64,000 nucleotides of DNA from Amphiscolops sp. MND2022 (lineage: Eukaryota): NCBI GenBank assembly GCA_964187785.1, contig OZ076409.1, positions 7,752,001 to 7,816,000 of the forward strand. Reading direction: 5' to 3'. The notes beneath the pieces are model-generated. The model saw nothing but the letters and a program-made list of their open reading frames with translations, made no database searches and was not told the origin of the DNA. The position numbers and the translations under genes were made by a program. Below, piece by piece: positions 63,962 through 64,000 of this stretch; positions within the stretch are counted from its first letter, which is position 1; each line of letters begins with the position of its first letter.

Positions 63962-64000
63962 TCATATTGCCCATATCTAAGTACATAAGACATAATATTT

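Overview
AT-rich, repeat-dense animal genomic DNA; there are no prokaryotic features and no CRISPR array. The window is dominated by Ty3/Gypsy LTR retrotransposons carrying unusual cargo. (A) 1-9918 (+) is the 3' half of an element. After the integrase it carries an antisense gene with five GT-AG introns whose phases all match (about 1,080 aa). The product looks like a catalytically dead hAT-transposase derivative. A ~2.7-kb 3' LTR follows, which itself holds a CxxC ORF and what appears to be the start of Gag. (B) 14748-33896 (-) is a complete 19.1-kb element with ~98% identical LTRs. It has a displaced tRNA-Lys-like PBS and an apparent 3-bp TSD. Its single gag-pol frame includes a pseudo-protease plus protease tandem and two C-terminal TARG1/OARD1-like macrodomains. 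A ~1,400-aa third ORF in the env position contains an SGNH-hydrolase-like fold. (C) 61815-63961 (-) is a probable LTR that again contains a Gag-like ORF start. One probable host gene was reconstructed: a two-exon, 150-aa secreted neuropeptide-like precursor (50473-50139 + 37895-37778, minus strand) split by a 12.2-kb intron. The rest is a decayed Gypsy pol, a split Tc1 transposase relic, CCC-ended MITEs with 2-bp TSDs, Helentron-like short repeats, palindromes, tandem arrays and a 200-N assembly gap. All domain calls are by-eye motif comparisons, not database hits.
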